A stretch of DNA of 63,262 nucleotides, filler included, from Reticulomyxa filosa (Eukaryota; Protista; Foraminifera): the NCBI GenBank assembly GCA_000512085.1. It is 21 parts of 21 records of this genome, joined end to end, with 100 filler letters (N's around TTAATTAATTAA, not from the genome) between each part and the next. Parts side by side here need not be neighbours in the genome. Positions count along the whole stretch, not along the records: positions 24,114 to 28,795 come from ASPP01026143.1; positions 28,896 to 31,414 come from ASPP01011466.1; positions 31,515 to 33,443 come from ASPP01004697.1; positions 33,544 to 35,848 come from ASPP01005280.1; positions 35,949 to 37,375 come from ASPP01010293.1; positions 37,476 to 38,746 come from ASPP01007485.1; 15 more parts are not named here. One strand, written 5' to 3'. Below the pieces are notes generated by a model. The model was not told the origin of the DNA. It was given only the letters and a program-made list of their open reading frames with translations, and did no database searches. The translations under genes and the position numbers were made by a program. Positions 25,306-37,559 of the stretch are shown here, piece by piece; the first letter of the stretch is position 1; the number at the start of each line of letters is the position of its first letter.

Positions 25306-26380
25306 TTATGCACGATTTTCAGTGCTTGGTCTGCGATAAATGACAATGCTAGGAACGCTGCACTTGCTGTTGAATCGACTGTACGGATGCCGAAGCCCCC
25401 CTTTTTGAATATCGTTCAGAGGCAGGGCCATGATTGATTCTAAGCATTCCCGTATTTTGGAGTTGTATTGCTTCGCCCAATCCTGATGGTTGCCGACGAA
25501 GTTGATGCGAATATGATAATTTACTCTGAAGATATGCATTGAGTGTCGCAATAATAGCATTGTTGTCTGAGAATGACGAAGGTCCATTAGCGCTCCGAAT
25601 TGCCTGCTCCATTCTTGAATGTGAGGCTCCATAAACTTGGATTTGTGGTCATCGTTCCCTATTGGGATGTTGACAATAGAGGTATTAAACTCATGATTGT
25701 GCGGAATGTCGTTAAATGGGTGTGGGAGGACGATATCACGGTCGGCAATCCATTCACTCTTGCTTGAGTTGATTGATATACCGTGTGTTTGTTTTATGTT
25801 GGACAATGATACCAGGGCAATGAGTATGGATGCTGAATTGGGAGCGGCAATTGTGATATCATCATGATATGCGGCAAAATACAAATCGTCCAGTCCGGTG
25901 AATGCAAGTTTAGTTGTGTCGGCAAGTGAAACGGCAAAGAGCGCTCCGGCCAGGGGATCCCATTGATAAACACCGGTTTTTGAATTCATGATAGCTCCGT
26001 CCGGAGATAAAGCTTGGCATGTCTGGAATAAAAACCCCGGACATAGTGGTACAACTGATGGCAACTTGATGCGGATGAGTTCTAACATCTTGGAGCACTT
26101 CATAGTATTGAAGGCATTCTGGATATCAATCTTGACTGCCACGGCGCCTGGATTCGCCTTTACATATTTGACAATCAATTTGAACCCATGGGTGAACATC
26201 TCGATCCCGGATTTGGTATTGACTCCGAATTGGTTATCTCCAACTTCCGCCTTGATTGCGTCGGCATGTCTTTTTGCAAGGATTACGGCGGCCGACCTGC
26301 GGAGCAACGACCCGATTGCGATTGGCCTCGGCGAGCCATCAGGCTTAGCTATCGCAATAAGCCTAGCCCCATACGTTATT
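25306..26380 (-). pseudogene. Reverse transcriptase domain of the CRE-like element
   Basis: ORF 25306-26307 plus the in-frame upstream PITYGARLIAIAKPDGSPRPIAIG; catalytic YHDD. QWDP replaces the usual QGDP. Confidence 0.88.
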
Positions 26381-28180
26381 GGATGAGCCTCTTCAGCAGC
26401 ACATCATTCATTATCAAATGCACTACTCTTCCCCAGCATGTAATGACTTGAGTCTCCGCCTCAAATGGCAACAAGTCAATGAGGTGTTGAGATGCGAAGA
26501 GATCATTGCCCCCCGTTGCAGACCTTTTGATGTTGTTAATGTATTGGGACAATTCCTCAATGTCGGCGGCGTTGTTTTTGGAATGATAGGTAACGAATGT
26601 GTGTTATCTTTGTGATGTTGAAGATGTGGTCCGGGGGGTCTTCATGTGGGTGTTTTGCCTGAGAGCTTTCTTTGTTTCTTCAGTGTATAGGACGGAGTGA
26701 CTTGGTGACAATGCGTTAAAGGCGCCGGAATAGTCTCCGATGGCAGCAAGACGGAGGTAGCGTTTGTTGTTGGATGATGTGCTTTTTGGTATTTGTCTGT
26801 TTTTGCTTTTGCTTATCTGGTTGGAGCATTCTACAAACTCTTCCCATAGTTGTTTGTATGCACGTTGGCCCCACATCTTCAGTCTTCGTGTTATTGCGTT
26901 GATGATTGCTTTTGTGTGTTTCTTTCCTCCTCTCCCAGGATGCCATAGAACTACTCTCACGAACACAGTCCACTTGATCCATGCTTTGTTGTTGTTGTCG
27001 TCTGCAATGTCTCTGAGGCATTTGGATACGGCGTTGGCAAATACATTGCGGATTTTGAATGGGATACGGGGAATGAGTTTGGCGGGATGGCAAATGATGG
27101 CGTGCAAGTCTGGGGGGTGCCAACTCGAATATGCAAAGTTTGGGATTATTTGCGCACTTGGGGCATGTTGCCGGTTGTTCGTATCGTTGTTGGTTGGGTA
27201 TTTCTCCTCGTCGGGGTCTTCTTCATTGTTTGGGTCGCGTTGGTTAGTTTGTGAACTTTGTTTTTTCTGTTGGTCTACGTGTGGTTGGTTTGCAGTCGCT
27301 TGCTTTGTTTGTTGTGTTCCTTTTTGCAATCGTAGACTCCTGCGCAGCTCGGTGTGTTGTGTCACGCTTTGTTGGTTTGTATTGGAATGCTTGTCAGGTG
27401 AGCTTTGAGACTCTTGATTGCCAATGTCTGTTTGTTGTGCCTCTTGATAATTCAAATTATGCTGGCCTGCGCGTTGGATTTCCGGGTGCTGGTGCTTTGC
27501 TTCGGGCTGTCTCGCTCGGCTGTGCTCTCTCGGCGATTGCTCCGTATGTTGCCTTACCATGTCTTGTTTTTCGATTGCATTAACAGTTATCATTTATTGC
27601 CATCGTTTTGCAGCTGTGCGTTTTGCTGATGCTGTTTCCCGTTTTTTGCGCGGTTTGTTGTAACCGATTTGCCACAGACGAGCATGCAATACGGCCATAC
27701 CGACGGAAGTATTCTTGTGGGACGGGCTTTGATGACGGGTTGGATACATGTGTATCAACGTGAATGTACAGCGTGGCATTCGATCTTAGCAAAGCTCCAC
27801 AGTCTGGGACCGGGCAAGGTATTGCGATTGCTAGCGATGTTCGTGATGTTGTATTGGTACGTGAAGGATGAAATTCATCGTCCGGGTCGTCAATTGACTG
27901 AGGACTGGTCGGCCTCTTGTGGGTCGTTATCACTTTCGACTACTTGTGTTTGTGATGATGATTTTTTTTTCCAACCGGTAGGGTTTTGTATATACGTTTT
28001 TGGTTATGTTAATTGATTGAGTATTCGTAAGAAGTGGTTGATTATGCTTGTTTGTTTGAGACACTCCAGGTGTATCGATTGGGTTGGTTATTGTCGCCGT
28101 TTTGTAATTGCTTCCTTGGTGCAATTGTTCGTGCGCTATTTGATGTCTATCATGTGCATTAGCATCTGTATGTATATTTT

Positions 28181-28795
28181 TTATTGTATTGTAGGCTGCA
28201 GAAATATCAATTTGGCAATATCTGCGAATGCAAGCGTATTATCTGTCGAGGCGGCATCTTAGGCGCTTTGAGAGATTGTTAAAAGTATTTCTATATACGA
28301 ATTCGAATTGATATATGTTTGTAACATTTTGGCGACTATGTTCTTTTTCATAGAGGATTTGGGCGAATTGCGCATGTCGTTTAACAAATCATTCAAGTGG
28401 CTGGTCGTTTGTTGGATAGCGTCCTCTTCCATTTTCCGTACTTGGTGTGAACTGAAATCGCGTGCTGTTCTGATTGTTTCGTCTTGTTGTCCATTGCTGT
28501 TATTGGTATCGGCGACTTCGATAAAGGCGATGGTATTGGTTGCCATGCTGCCATATTGTGATTTGTTGTCTGTATGCATGATAGCTATTGTAATTATCAT
28601 GTGACCACGTGATGAGTTGCGGTTGTATCTTGTTTCTGCTTTGTGGCTTGCTTTGTATATATTTTGTATTATTTGGTCGATTGCTGTACTTTCGTTGATT
28701 GCTAGTTGAGTAGTTGAACCGGAGCTCCATACTGTTTTTCCTCTTTTATCATACCATGTTTCTGCTTGGATGTTTTGATTTGACAATAGATCATA
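28181..28795 (-). pseudogene. Highly diverged kinesin motor domain, C-terminal half; one in-frame TAA at 28259-28261; 5' truncated by contig end
   Basis: Collinear kinesin landmarks: YDLL; ETRYNRNSSRGHMIITI (switch I, NxxSSRSH); IAFIEVADTN (degenerate DLAGSE); VAKMLQTYINSNSYIEILLTIS (LTRLLQDSLGGNSKTxMIATIS); and, past the stop, STDNTLAFADIAKLIFLQP (ETLSTLRFAxRAKxIxNxP). Confidence 0.75.
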
Positions 28796-28989
28796 NNNNN
28801 NNNNNNNNNNNNNNNNNNNNNNNNNNNNNNNNNNNNNNNTTAATTAATTAANNNNNNNNNNNNNNNNNNNNNNNNNNNNNNNNNNNNNNNNNNNNATATA
28901 TATACATATATATACATATATATATATATATGTATATATACATACATCATATGTATATAATAAAAAGTTTTTTTTTTTTTTAAATGCGC

Positions 28990-29862
28990 TTTTGCGTGTG
29001 GGTGCGTGTACTTGCCTAAATATTTGATATAAGAATAGCAATAGGCACACAAAATGTCGACTAAGGTGAATGGCAAATAAACGGACGGTTTTGGACACTT
29101 TAACGAAGCAAAGGTCGGGATATCAAATGAAGGATACTCTGGGCGCAACAACGACGCGGGGTTGTCATGGCGTTGTTTCGACAATTGAGACGACAACTTG
29201 TCATCAGTTTCAACGTCTTCAATTTCACCGTCGTTATTGTTATTATCATTATTATCATTATTATTGTTATTATTGTTATTATTGTTATTATTGTTATGTT
29301 CGGATAAAGAGAGACGAGGAGTACACCACCATGGTTTCCATGACCCAAACTGGTCATCATTATTTTTGCTGTTGTTGTTGTTGTTCTCTTTTACTTCTGA
29401 AGGTGGACGCAAATATTGCTGCCTTCGTACAAACTTATCAAACAAGCGCTTTTCATTTTCTGTCAAGTCTTTGGGGTTTATTGCTTCCTTCTGAGATAGC
29501 GCGTATAATCGCTGCATTGCTGTTTCTTCGTCATCTTCATCTTCATCGTCATCGTCATTGTCATTGTCATTATCATTATCATCGTCGATGCCATTATTAT
29601 TATTATCCGCTTCTTCGCGTTTTCGCTCGTTGTCTTCGAATCTCTTCAGCTTTGTTAACATGTCCTTTCGCATCTCATTCTTCTCCGCTTTGTTTGAACT
29701 GTGCTTGTCTTGCTCCATTGAATTCAATATACTCTCATTGTAAAACGACACTGTACACTTTTGATCGTGCGATTGATAACACGCCAAACTGCAGTAACTT
29801 ATCCCGCAACGCGGGCATGTGTACTTTGACTTTACTTTTTGACAGCTGTCCCCCCCCCCCAC
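28990..29862 (-). CDS. Zinc-finger HIT protein, ZNHIT2-like (3' truncated)
   Basis: CQKVKSKYTCPRCGISYCSLACYQSHDQKCTVSFYNESI; later WKPWW and PSVYLPFTLVDILCAYCY segments as in ZNHIT2. Confidence 0.8.
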
Positions 29863-30687
29863 AACATCATAACCCTTTTAGGACGCGCATTCCTGAGGAT
29901 GCTGGGTGGATCTGCTTTTTTTTTTGAAGGTAGAAATAATAACTTACACCAACAAACTCTTTCTGATATTTGAATATCCATCATTTTTTTAACAGCGGTC
30001 CCCCAAAACCAATATTGGAGCACAACTTTCTCTCATTTAACCTAATCAAAAAATCAGTTGCTTGTGTAGTTCTTACATGCAAGATTTTTCTCTGTTGTTT
30101 GTATTATTTTATACCGACAATCAGGCTTCGTTTGGAACTTAGAAATACGAACATTTTTCACAGCTGTCAATACTTTTTCAAGTCGGAAGTGTACTAACCA
30201 TTTTTTGGAATGTTGTGTGATAAATTATTTTTATGCGTGCCCATATTCACAATGAAACTAACTTTGAGATCCGTTAGTGCAAGTTAAGGTATAATAAGTG
30301 AAATCTTAATAAACTTGAAAAGATTAAGGGAAAAAAAGTTGATTTAATCCGTAAAAATCAAATTGTTGTAACACAAACCAACATTAAACCAGAAATACAC
30401 TTGAAATGTCTAAAACAACAAGAAAAAAGAAACAACAAAAGAAACAAAATTCAAAGCAGACAATGCCGCAAAAGTGTTTTGCCGGACGTGTCTGCAGCCC
30501 ATTTCAAACCCATAGAAAAAATGGTAACACCAAATTACACGTTTACATTTCAGAGATTAATACAAAGATAATGAATTTTTTACATTTAAGTTGGTTTTTT
30601 TTTTTGTTTTGTTAATCTTTTTTTTTTTAATTAAAACAAAAAAAAAAAAGTGGGACAAAGGAACCACGAGAGGAACAAACTAAAAAA

Positions 30688-31293
30688 TTATGGATTAAAA
30701 AAATATTTGAATATTCCAAACAAAGGGTCAAATGTTTCCAACTGAGGTGACGGTATTGGTTTGAGACGATTTTTCAGAAAGTTAATTTTGTCTTGCAAGG
30801 TCATGTTAGCTTGCTTCTCATTAAGGGGGATCATTTTTTCGGCCAATTTGTTGAGATAGCCAGTCATGACAAACACCCCCATGACAAAATAATCGACATT
30901 TTCAAAGCAAATGGCATCGGAATTGGCATGTAATTGCAGTTCCTTGGACGTGGCGAATCTGGTTGGTAACTCGGTCCAATGCAAGGTCGGATACTTGTGA
31001 TGGACAATGTGATAGCCATCATTGAACGTTAGCTGGTTGTAAGGAGTATTAATCAAATTGATAGTCAATTTGTGATCATTCGAATAATCCTTGCTGTCCA
31101 CAAAAATGTGTTGGCTAAAGTTGCCAAACATCAGCAGAAACGATACCACAAATTGTGGGACCACCAGCAGCCATAAACTAAACGCAGGTCGTACTTGCCA
31201 CAACACGTATACACTACCAAACCATAATATCTCACTCACAAGCATTTGCACTAAATTCGAGTAGTAGTGTTTGACCACCATCCAGTACGGCAT
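30688..31293 (-). CDS. Membrane fatty-acid desaturase family protein, C-terminal part
   Basis: TM segments, FGNFSQHIF and third His box FNDGYHIVHHKYPTLHW. Confidence 0.75.
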   Translation of the reverse strand: MPYWMVVKHYYSNLVQMLVSEILWFGSVYVLWQVRPAFSLWLLVVPQFVVSFLLMFGNFSQHIFVDSKDYSNDHKLTINLINTPYNQLTFNDGYHIVHHKYPTLHWTELPTRFATSKELQLHANSDAICFENVDYFVMGVFVMTGYLNKLAEKMIPLNEKQANMTLQDKINFLKNRLKPIPSPQLETFDPLFGIFKYFFNP

Positions 31294-31372
31294 TTCCAGC
31301 CTTGCATCACATTACATTTCATCACATCATTGTCACCCAATCAATTTTGCTTATGAAAGATTTGGGGTTGAA

Positions 31373-31404
<32 letters not shown>

Positions 31405-32643
31405 GGGAAAAAAANNNNNNNNNNNNNNNNNNNNNNNNNNNNNNNNNNNNNNNNNNNNTTAATTAATTAANNNNNNNNNNNNNNNNNNNNNNNNNNNNNN
31501 NNNNNNNNNNNNNNAAAAAAAAAAAGAAGTGTGATTCATGCTACATAAATAGGGCATGATGATTAATATTTTCTGTAGACAAAAAATCATGATTTTTTCA
31601 AAAAAAAAAAAAAATTATATAAGTAAGATGCCCTTGACTTGGGCAATAATTGGGCGTATTCTCGCATTATAATCACAATTTTTAAATTTAATTATACCCT
31701 CAAACATCATCACATGCAACACACTTTTTATAATAAAATTAATAAAATTTGTTGTGGATATTTCACAGATTGTAATACAATTGACTTATATCTTATTAAT
31801 GGAAAAATTCGGCTATGGAAGAAGTTGTGAGCGGAGAGATGTGTCTACGTTTTTGAAATATTTTTTTTTGTTTGACTTGTTTTGTGATGTCATAATTATT
31901 ACATGAGGTGGCCAAATAGTATTATCATTATTTTTGCAATATTTCATCAAAATCAATTTTTTCTATTTCAATTTTGTATTTCTTCATTTGATTTCAGTCC
32001 AGGTGATAATTGTTAATTTTTGAATCTCCTTTCCAAAGTTCACTCCATAAAATCACTTGGAATCAAAACAGTACTGTGGTCGTCTAGTGTAGTAATTTTG
32101 CACATCCAAATTGGATATAAAATTTCTGCAAAGTTTGGTTTCGTTGAGTAGTTAGTTAGTTTTTACTGTGTCTAAACTTAGCATGTTGGTTTTTTTTTAA
32201 TGACCTCCTTTTACAGGTAAGGAAAAGAGAAAATTTTGTTTGTGTTGCCTAAAATATGAAACTATGAAGTAGTGAAATTATTTCACAGCCTGCAAAATTG
32301 AAGCTTGAATGACAACTAAAAAAAAAGTGGGCGCAAACACTGAGTTGTGTTCTGACATATAAAATGTTTTTTTGATAATAAAGAATCCCAAGAACACAAT
32401 ATTTTATTAATTGAGCGTTGAGATGTGCTTTTTTTTTTTGGAGTGATTCTTCCCCCCCCCAGCCCCCTTTTACAAGAAAAAAGTAGAACAAGACAAGGCA
32501 ATCAAAACAAAACAAAAAAAACATTCATAAGCATTTGCGTACTAGGCGACATCTCAAACCAATCCACCTGTCCAATTCGTCCCCACAATTTAAAAAAAGG
32601 ATGTTTTGAAGATGTACATGCATATGTATCTAACAGATATATT

Positions 32644-33282
32644 TTAAAAAAAAACGCAACTGTTGGCAAGGCTTCTGCGAATGACAATATTTTGGACGTC
32701 GAAAAAGACTCTTTCGACATTGTTGCTATCAGTTGCCAAAGTGACGTGAGAGAAAACGCTTCTTTTTTCTGACTGATTCAAGCGCAGAAAGTTGTCCCTG
32801 ATAAAGTCGACACACGGTTCGTACGTGTTTTCCCCAGTGTAGTCTGGGAAGCAAACGGTCAATGGGAACCGTTGGATTCTCCTTGCGAATTCGTCTTGTT
32901 TGTTCAAAAACAAAATCACTTCAGCATCTTTGAACCAATGCAAGTTACAAACATAATCAAACAAGTTCAAAGAGTCTATCATTGCATTGTATTGATCGTC
33001 TTCATACATCATCTATCCAATATTTTTTGTTTTGTTTTGTTTTTTGAAAAAAAAAAAAATAAAAATTAAGGATTTGAAAAAAATTTAAAAAAAAAAAAAA
33101 CACACTTCATTGTAGCAGGACAAGGATGCAACAAAAATGACAGCGGTGACGTGTTCAAAACAATGAACCCATTTTTTTCTTTCGTTACGTTGTCCACCGA
33201 CGTCAAACAAGTGAAAAGTGTGCTCGTGACTAACAAACTTTTGCTCCGCCACTCCCGTGGTTCGGTATCGTACCAACACCAA
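32644..33282 (-). CDS. Heterotrimeric G-protein alpha subunit, C-terminal exons
   Basis: RYRTTGV, FDVGGQRNERKKWVHCFEHVTAVIFVASLS, VILFLNKQD and FSHVTLATDSNNVERVF. Confidence 0.95.
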
Positions 33283-33543
33283 ATCCTATTTGTCAATTGC
33301 AAGTTGTAATTTTAAATAGTAATGTTCCAATTTTTTTTTTTTTTTTTTTTTGGAAAAGGGGGACATTCAAAAAAAAAAAAAAAAAAAAAGTATTTGTTTA
33401 AAAGACATTACATACATATATTATATATGTATATAATATATGCNNNNNNNNNNNNNNNNNNNNNNNNNNNNNNNNNNNNNNNNNNNNTTAATTAATTAAN
33501 NNNNNNNNNNNNNNNNNNNNNNNNNNNNNNNNNNNNNNNNNNN

Positions 33544-33574
<31 letters not shown>

Positions 33575-33578
<4 letters not shown>

Positions 33579-35524
33579 CCTTTTTTGGAACATCATTTCC
33601 GAAATTGAACCAATGTTGGAAGTAATCACCCATATTGTATCCACAAAAGGGTCTCATACTGAAAGGATCAATTCTCAAAACACCTCGCAGTCCGGCGGAA
33701 GCAGCGGTACTTTCAGAGGACATGACAGATCCCAGAAACACGCCGTGGTCCCAGTCAAACGACTGAAAGACCAAGGGGACAGTTTGCGAGCGTCGACCGC
33801 CTAACAAAATGGCGGAAATGGGTACACCTTCGGGGTTTTGCCAGTCCTTGTCCACCACAGGACATTGGGCAATGGGTGTGCAAAAGCGCGCATTGGGATG
33901 AGCAGCAGGCACCATCGACTCGGGGCCCCACTCTTGTCTCGTCCAAGAAATCAAAGACTTGGGTGGCTCTTCCGTCATTCCTTCCCACCACACGTCGTTA
34001 TCTTCCGTCAGCGCAACATTGGTGAACAGCGTGTTTCGAGCGATTGTGCGCATTGCATTGGGATTGGAATCCCAGCCTGTCCCAGGAGCGACACCAAAGA
34101 ATCCGTTTTCCGGATTTAAGGCCACGAAGCGCCCTTCTTTGGGGTCTTTTCGAATCCAAGCAATGTCATCACCCAAACATTCCACCTTCCATCCCGGCAA
34201 TGCGCTTTCCAACATCGCCAGATTTGTTTTCCCACACGCTGAAGGAAAGCAGCCCAAAAAATACTTTTTCACTCCTTTCGGATTTGTCACACCAATTATC
34301 AACATGTGCTCCGCTAACCACCCTTCGTCGCGTGCCATTACCGAGGCCAAACGCAATGCCAAACACTTTTTGCCCAATATTGCATTGCCACCATAACCGC
34401 TGCCATAACTCCAAATTCTTCTTTCTTTTTTTTTTATTATTAAAAAAAAAAAAAAAAGCAGCGTTAGTATAATAACGTGCAAAGTGGAGATGTTTACGCA
34501 TAAGTATATGTATACGTATACTTGTGTTTACAGTTTTGAGAAAGAGGGCTATCGTACACCTCAACATATACGCTACTAACATAACAATAACAACAACAAC
34601 AATAATAATAATAAAAAGTTGGCATACCCTCAGGGAAATGGACAATATATTTGGTGTCGTTGCAAGGCCACGGAGAATCTCCCACGGCGGGATTCAAAGG
34701 AGCGCCAATGGAGTGGACGCAAGGGGTCCAGAAACGTTCGCCTTTCTCGATCTCTTTCAACACGTGATTTCCCATTCTCGTCATGATTCGCATCGAACAC
34801 ACCACGTACGGAGAATCGGTTGCTTGCACCCCAAGCGCTGCAAACGGACTATTTAAAGGTCCCATGCCTTTTTTTTTTTTTTTTTGTGTGTGTGTATTGT
34901 GTATGTGATTACCATTGCGCTTTTTACACTCATTACTTTTCAAAAAGGTTTTTTCTTGTATTCAATCAATCCACATATACCTATATACACACATACATAT
35001 ATACAAATGTATATGTATGCTCAACAGAATGGAACGATATACATAGTTCTGCCACGCATTGATTGAGTGAATAGCTTTTCCATTTCGCGAAACATTTTTT
35101 CAGGGTCTTCCCAATTGTTGGTTGGGCCTGCGTTTTGTTTGCTTTCGCTGCAGATAAATGTTCGATCCTCCACTCGAGCAGTGTCACTAATGCTTGAGCG
35201 GGCCAGATATGAATTTGGCCTCTTTTGATTATTCAACTTCACCAACGTCCCTTGTTGCATTTGCTTATTTAATAACTCATTGAACTCTTCATCACTTCCG
35301 TCACACAAGTGCACACGAGCAGGTTGAAATATTGCTATTCGTTGGTTAATCCATGCCCTCAGTGTGTCGTCTGTCGTGTAACGCTGCAAGTAGTCAGTGT
35401 GGACACTAAATTTATAGTAGTTGCGTCGTTTGTGGCCGAATAATGCATGTGCGTTTTGCTTTCGTACGACACATTTGGATCCATTCGTACTTCGTTTGAA
35501 CAACTTTTGCAAACAAGTGTGCAT
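33575..35524 (-). CDS. PCK: GTP-dependent phosphoenolpyruvate carboxykinase with probable mitochondrial presequence; introns 34868-35025 and 34425-34627; 3' truncated
   Basis: [86 protein letters not shown] and [12 protein letters not shown]. The N-terminus is basic and nearly devoid of acidic residues. Confidence 0.96.
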
Positions 35525-36189
35525 TTTTTAGATGAGAAATATTTACAGTCGCCTGCCAACAATGCTCACCAAAAAAACGGTTTATTATACTCCCTTCAAC
35601 ATGTCTGCCGTATGTTATGACCACTCTAGTACGCATTAGAAAGTTTTTTGGATATAGACTTTAGTTCGTTATTTAACACGAGGATGAAAACCAAACAGTT
35701 TTTCTCGGCTGTCCTCTTCAAAAATTGAAAATCACATAAATCCAGCAGAAACCAGATCTTAGCACTTCTCTGTGTCCTCTTCTTCCTTTAGGAAAACAAC
35801 TTTTTTTCAACAAAGAATGGTTGCTGCAGCCGTAAACAACAACAAAAANNNNNNNNNNNNNNNNNNNNNNNNNNNNNNNNNNNNNNNNNNNNTTAATTAA
35901 TTAANNNNNNNNNNNNNNNNNNNNNNNNNNNNNNNNNNNNNNNNNNNNAAATGTGTGACACAACAAATTGCATCTCGAGACAAAAAAAAAAATCGCAACA
36001 GAAATAATTTTTTTTTTACAATACAATACGAAGCACACAAAAACAGCTGCCTCGTGTCAAAACAATCACAAACCAAACAAGAGTCGAAAGGAAAGCAACC
36101 AAAATTTTAAAGTAATTGTATTGGCAGGAACAAAAACTACAAATAAAATTCCCTCCCTTTTTTTTTTTTTTTTTTTGTTTTCCCATCCT

Positions 36190-37304
36190 TTAAGAATGGT
36201 CGCTAAGCACTCTGTCCAAAACCATCAACTTTTGTTTTGCTTGTATTGTTTCGTTGTTCCACTCTCCTTGCGCTAAGCTGTACATTTTCCATGCACCACT
36301 ATACGCGTCATACGCGGTTTGATTTTGTTCGCTTAGTTCAAATGCCAATCCTAAATTCCAATAAGAATCGGCGACATCCACGTTTGGATTTTTAAAAATT
36401 TTTTTCTGATTTGTAATGCTTTTTCGTAGCATTGAATTGCTTTGTTATATTGCCGTAGATCTAAATAGGCATTTCCTAACATATTGTAAGAATCAGCGAC
36501 ATGATAGTGCATAACCCCGACAACATCCAATCTGATTTTCAAAGCAGTTTCATTATATTGAATGGACTTTTCAAAATGGCCTTTGTTGTAATAGATATGA
36601 GCCAAGTTGTTGTGCAGCTGCGCAACAAAAGTGCAACTGGCTCCAAAAATGCGGAGCAGAATGTCCAGAGCCTTTTGATAAAATTCGATGGCCTTGTCAT
36701 ATTCCTTGATATCATCATACACACGTCCAAGTAAATTGTATGCAATGGCGACATAATGATGGCGAAATCCAAAGGTATACACAGAGAGTCGTAAAAATTT
36801 GTACAGATAAAAAATGGCAATATCCGAGGTGTCATATCCGGAGCATTGTTCAGCTTTGTCGGCATACTCTTGCAAGCGTATTGAAAAGTCATGATGTATT
36901 TTGGTGTTCCATTGAATAGGCGTAATAATGCGTTTGAATTGTTCATCAATGATGGCATCCTTTGTAGCAAAGAGTTGAACAGTGATGACCACTTTTCCTT
37001 TGCATTGAAGTTGGCAATTGACAGCATATACATTTCCATCGACATCCACATCCTGTAGCACAATCAACTTGCCTTTGATTACATATACACAGCATTCCCG
37101 AAAATGTCGTCGTTCAGCCTTACTTTTCTCCACCAACTCCAGAAAAGATTTGGATAGATTGCTTGTCGCGTCTTGACGCTTTGATGTGTCATACGCGACC
37201 ATGATCAATCCCTGTTCATTTTGGGTGAGCATTTGCTCTACGATCTTTGCCGCTTCTGTGTTGGACTCTCTCCAGTATCTGTTCCAGTATTTCTTGCAGT
37301 CCAA
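36190..37304 (-). pseudogene. TPR-repeat protein (kinesin-light-chain/nephrocystin-like 42-aa TPRs); frameshifted or pseudogenised
   Basis: Repeats VAIAYNLLGRVY...YDKAIEFYQKALDI and VADSYNMLGNAY...YNKAIQCYEKALQI. The frame changes at the T-run near 36400 into ORF 36190-36432, and stop codons lie upstream. Confidence 0.75.
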
Positions 37305-37475
37305 TAGTCGGGGACCTCATTGTATATCATTGATGATATCTCATGCTTGGTATCATCACTGCTGCTGCTGCTGCTNNNNNNNNNNNNNNNNNNNNNNNNN
37401 NNNNNNNNNNNNNNNNNNNTTAATTAATTAANNNNNNNNNNNNNNNNNNNNNNNNNNNNNNNNNNNNNNNNNNNN

Positions 37476-37516
<41 letters not shown>

Positions 37517-37559
37517 CGACACAAAGTAGAAAAAAAGCTTTAAAACTAGTGTGAATGCT

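Larger units (their letters stand above)
24114..27933 (-). mobile_element. Degenerate non-LTR retrotransposon of the RLE type, CRE/SLACS-like (zinc fingers - RT - CCHC - restriction-like endonuclease)
   Basis: N-terminal C2H2 CPVPDCGALLRSNATLYIHVDTH. RT motifs GARLIAIAKPDGSPRPIAIGSLLRR, NQFGV, KIDIQNAFN, GVYQWDPL and AAYHDD. C-terminal DQFGDHALIC...ARHN, RRPGDI, YLDVGIT, KLAK and YIPLIMETMGG. Intronless and split by several frameshifts and stops. Confidence 0.9.

Noticed and set aside
28181-28261. TAA read-through (ciliate-type genetic code) to explain in-frame stops
   Set aside because: Conserved host genes such as METTL18 end in TAA and have no internal TAA/TAG in conserved exons; stops in this contig fit mutational decay.
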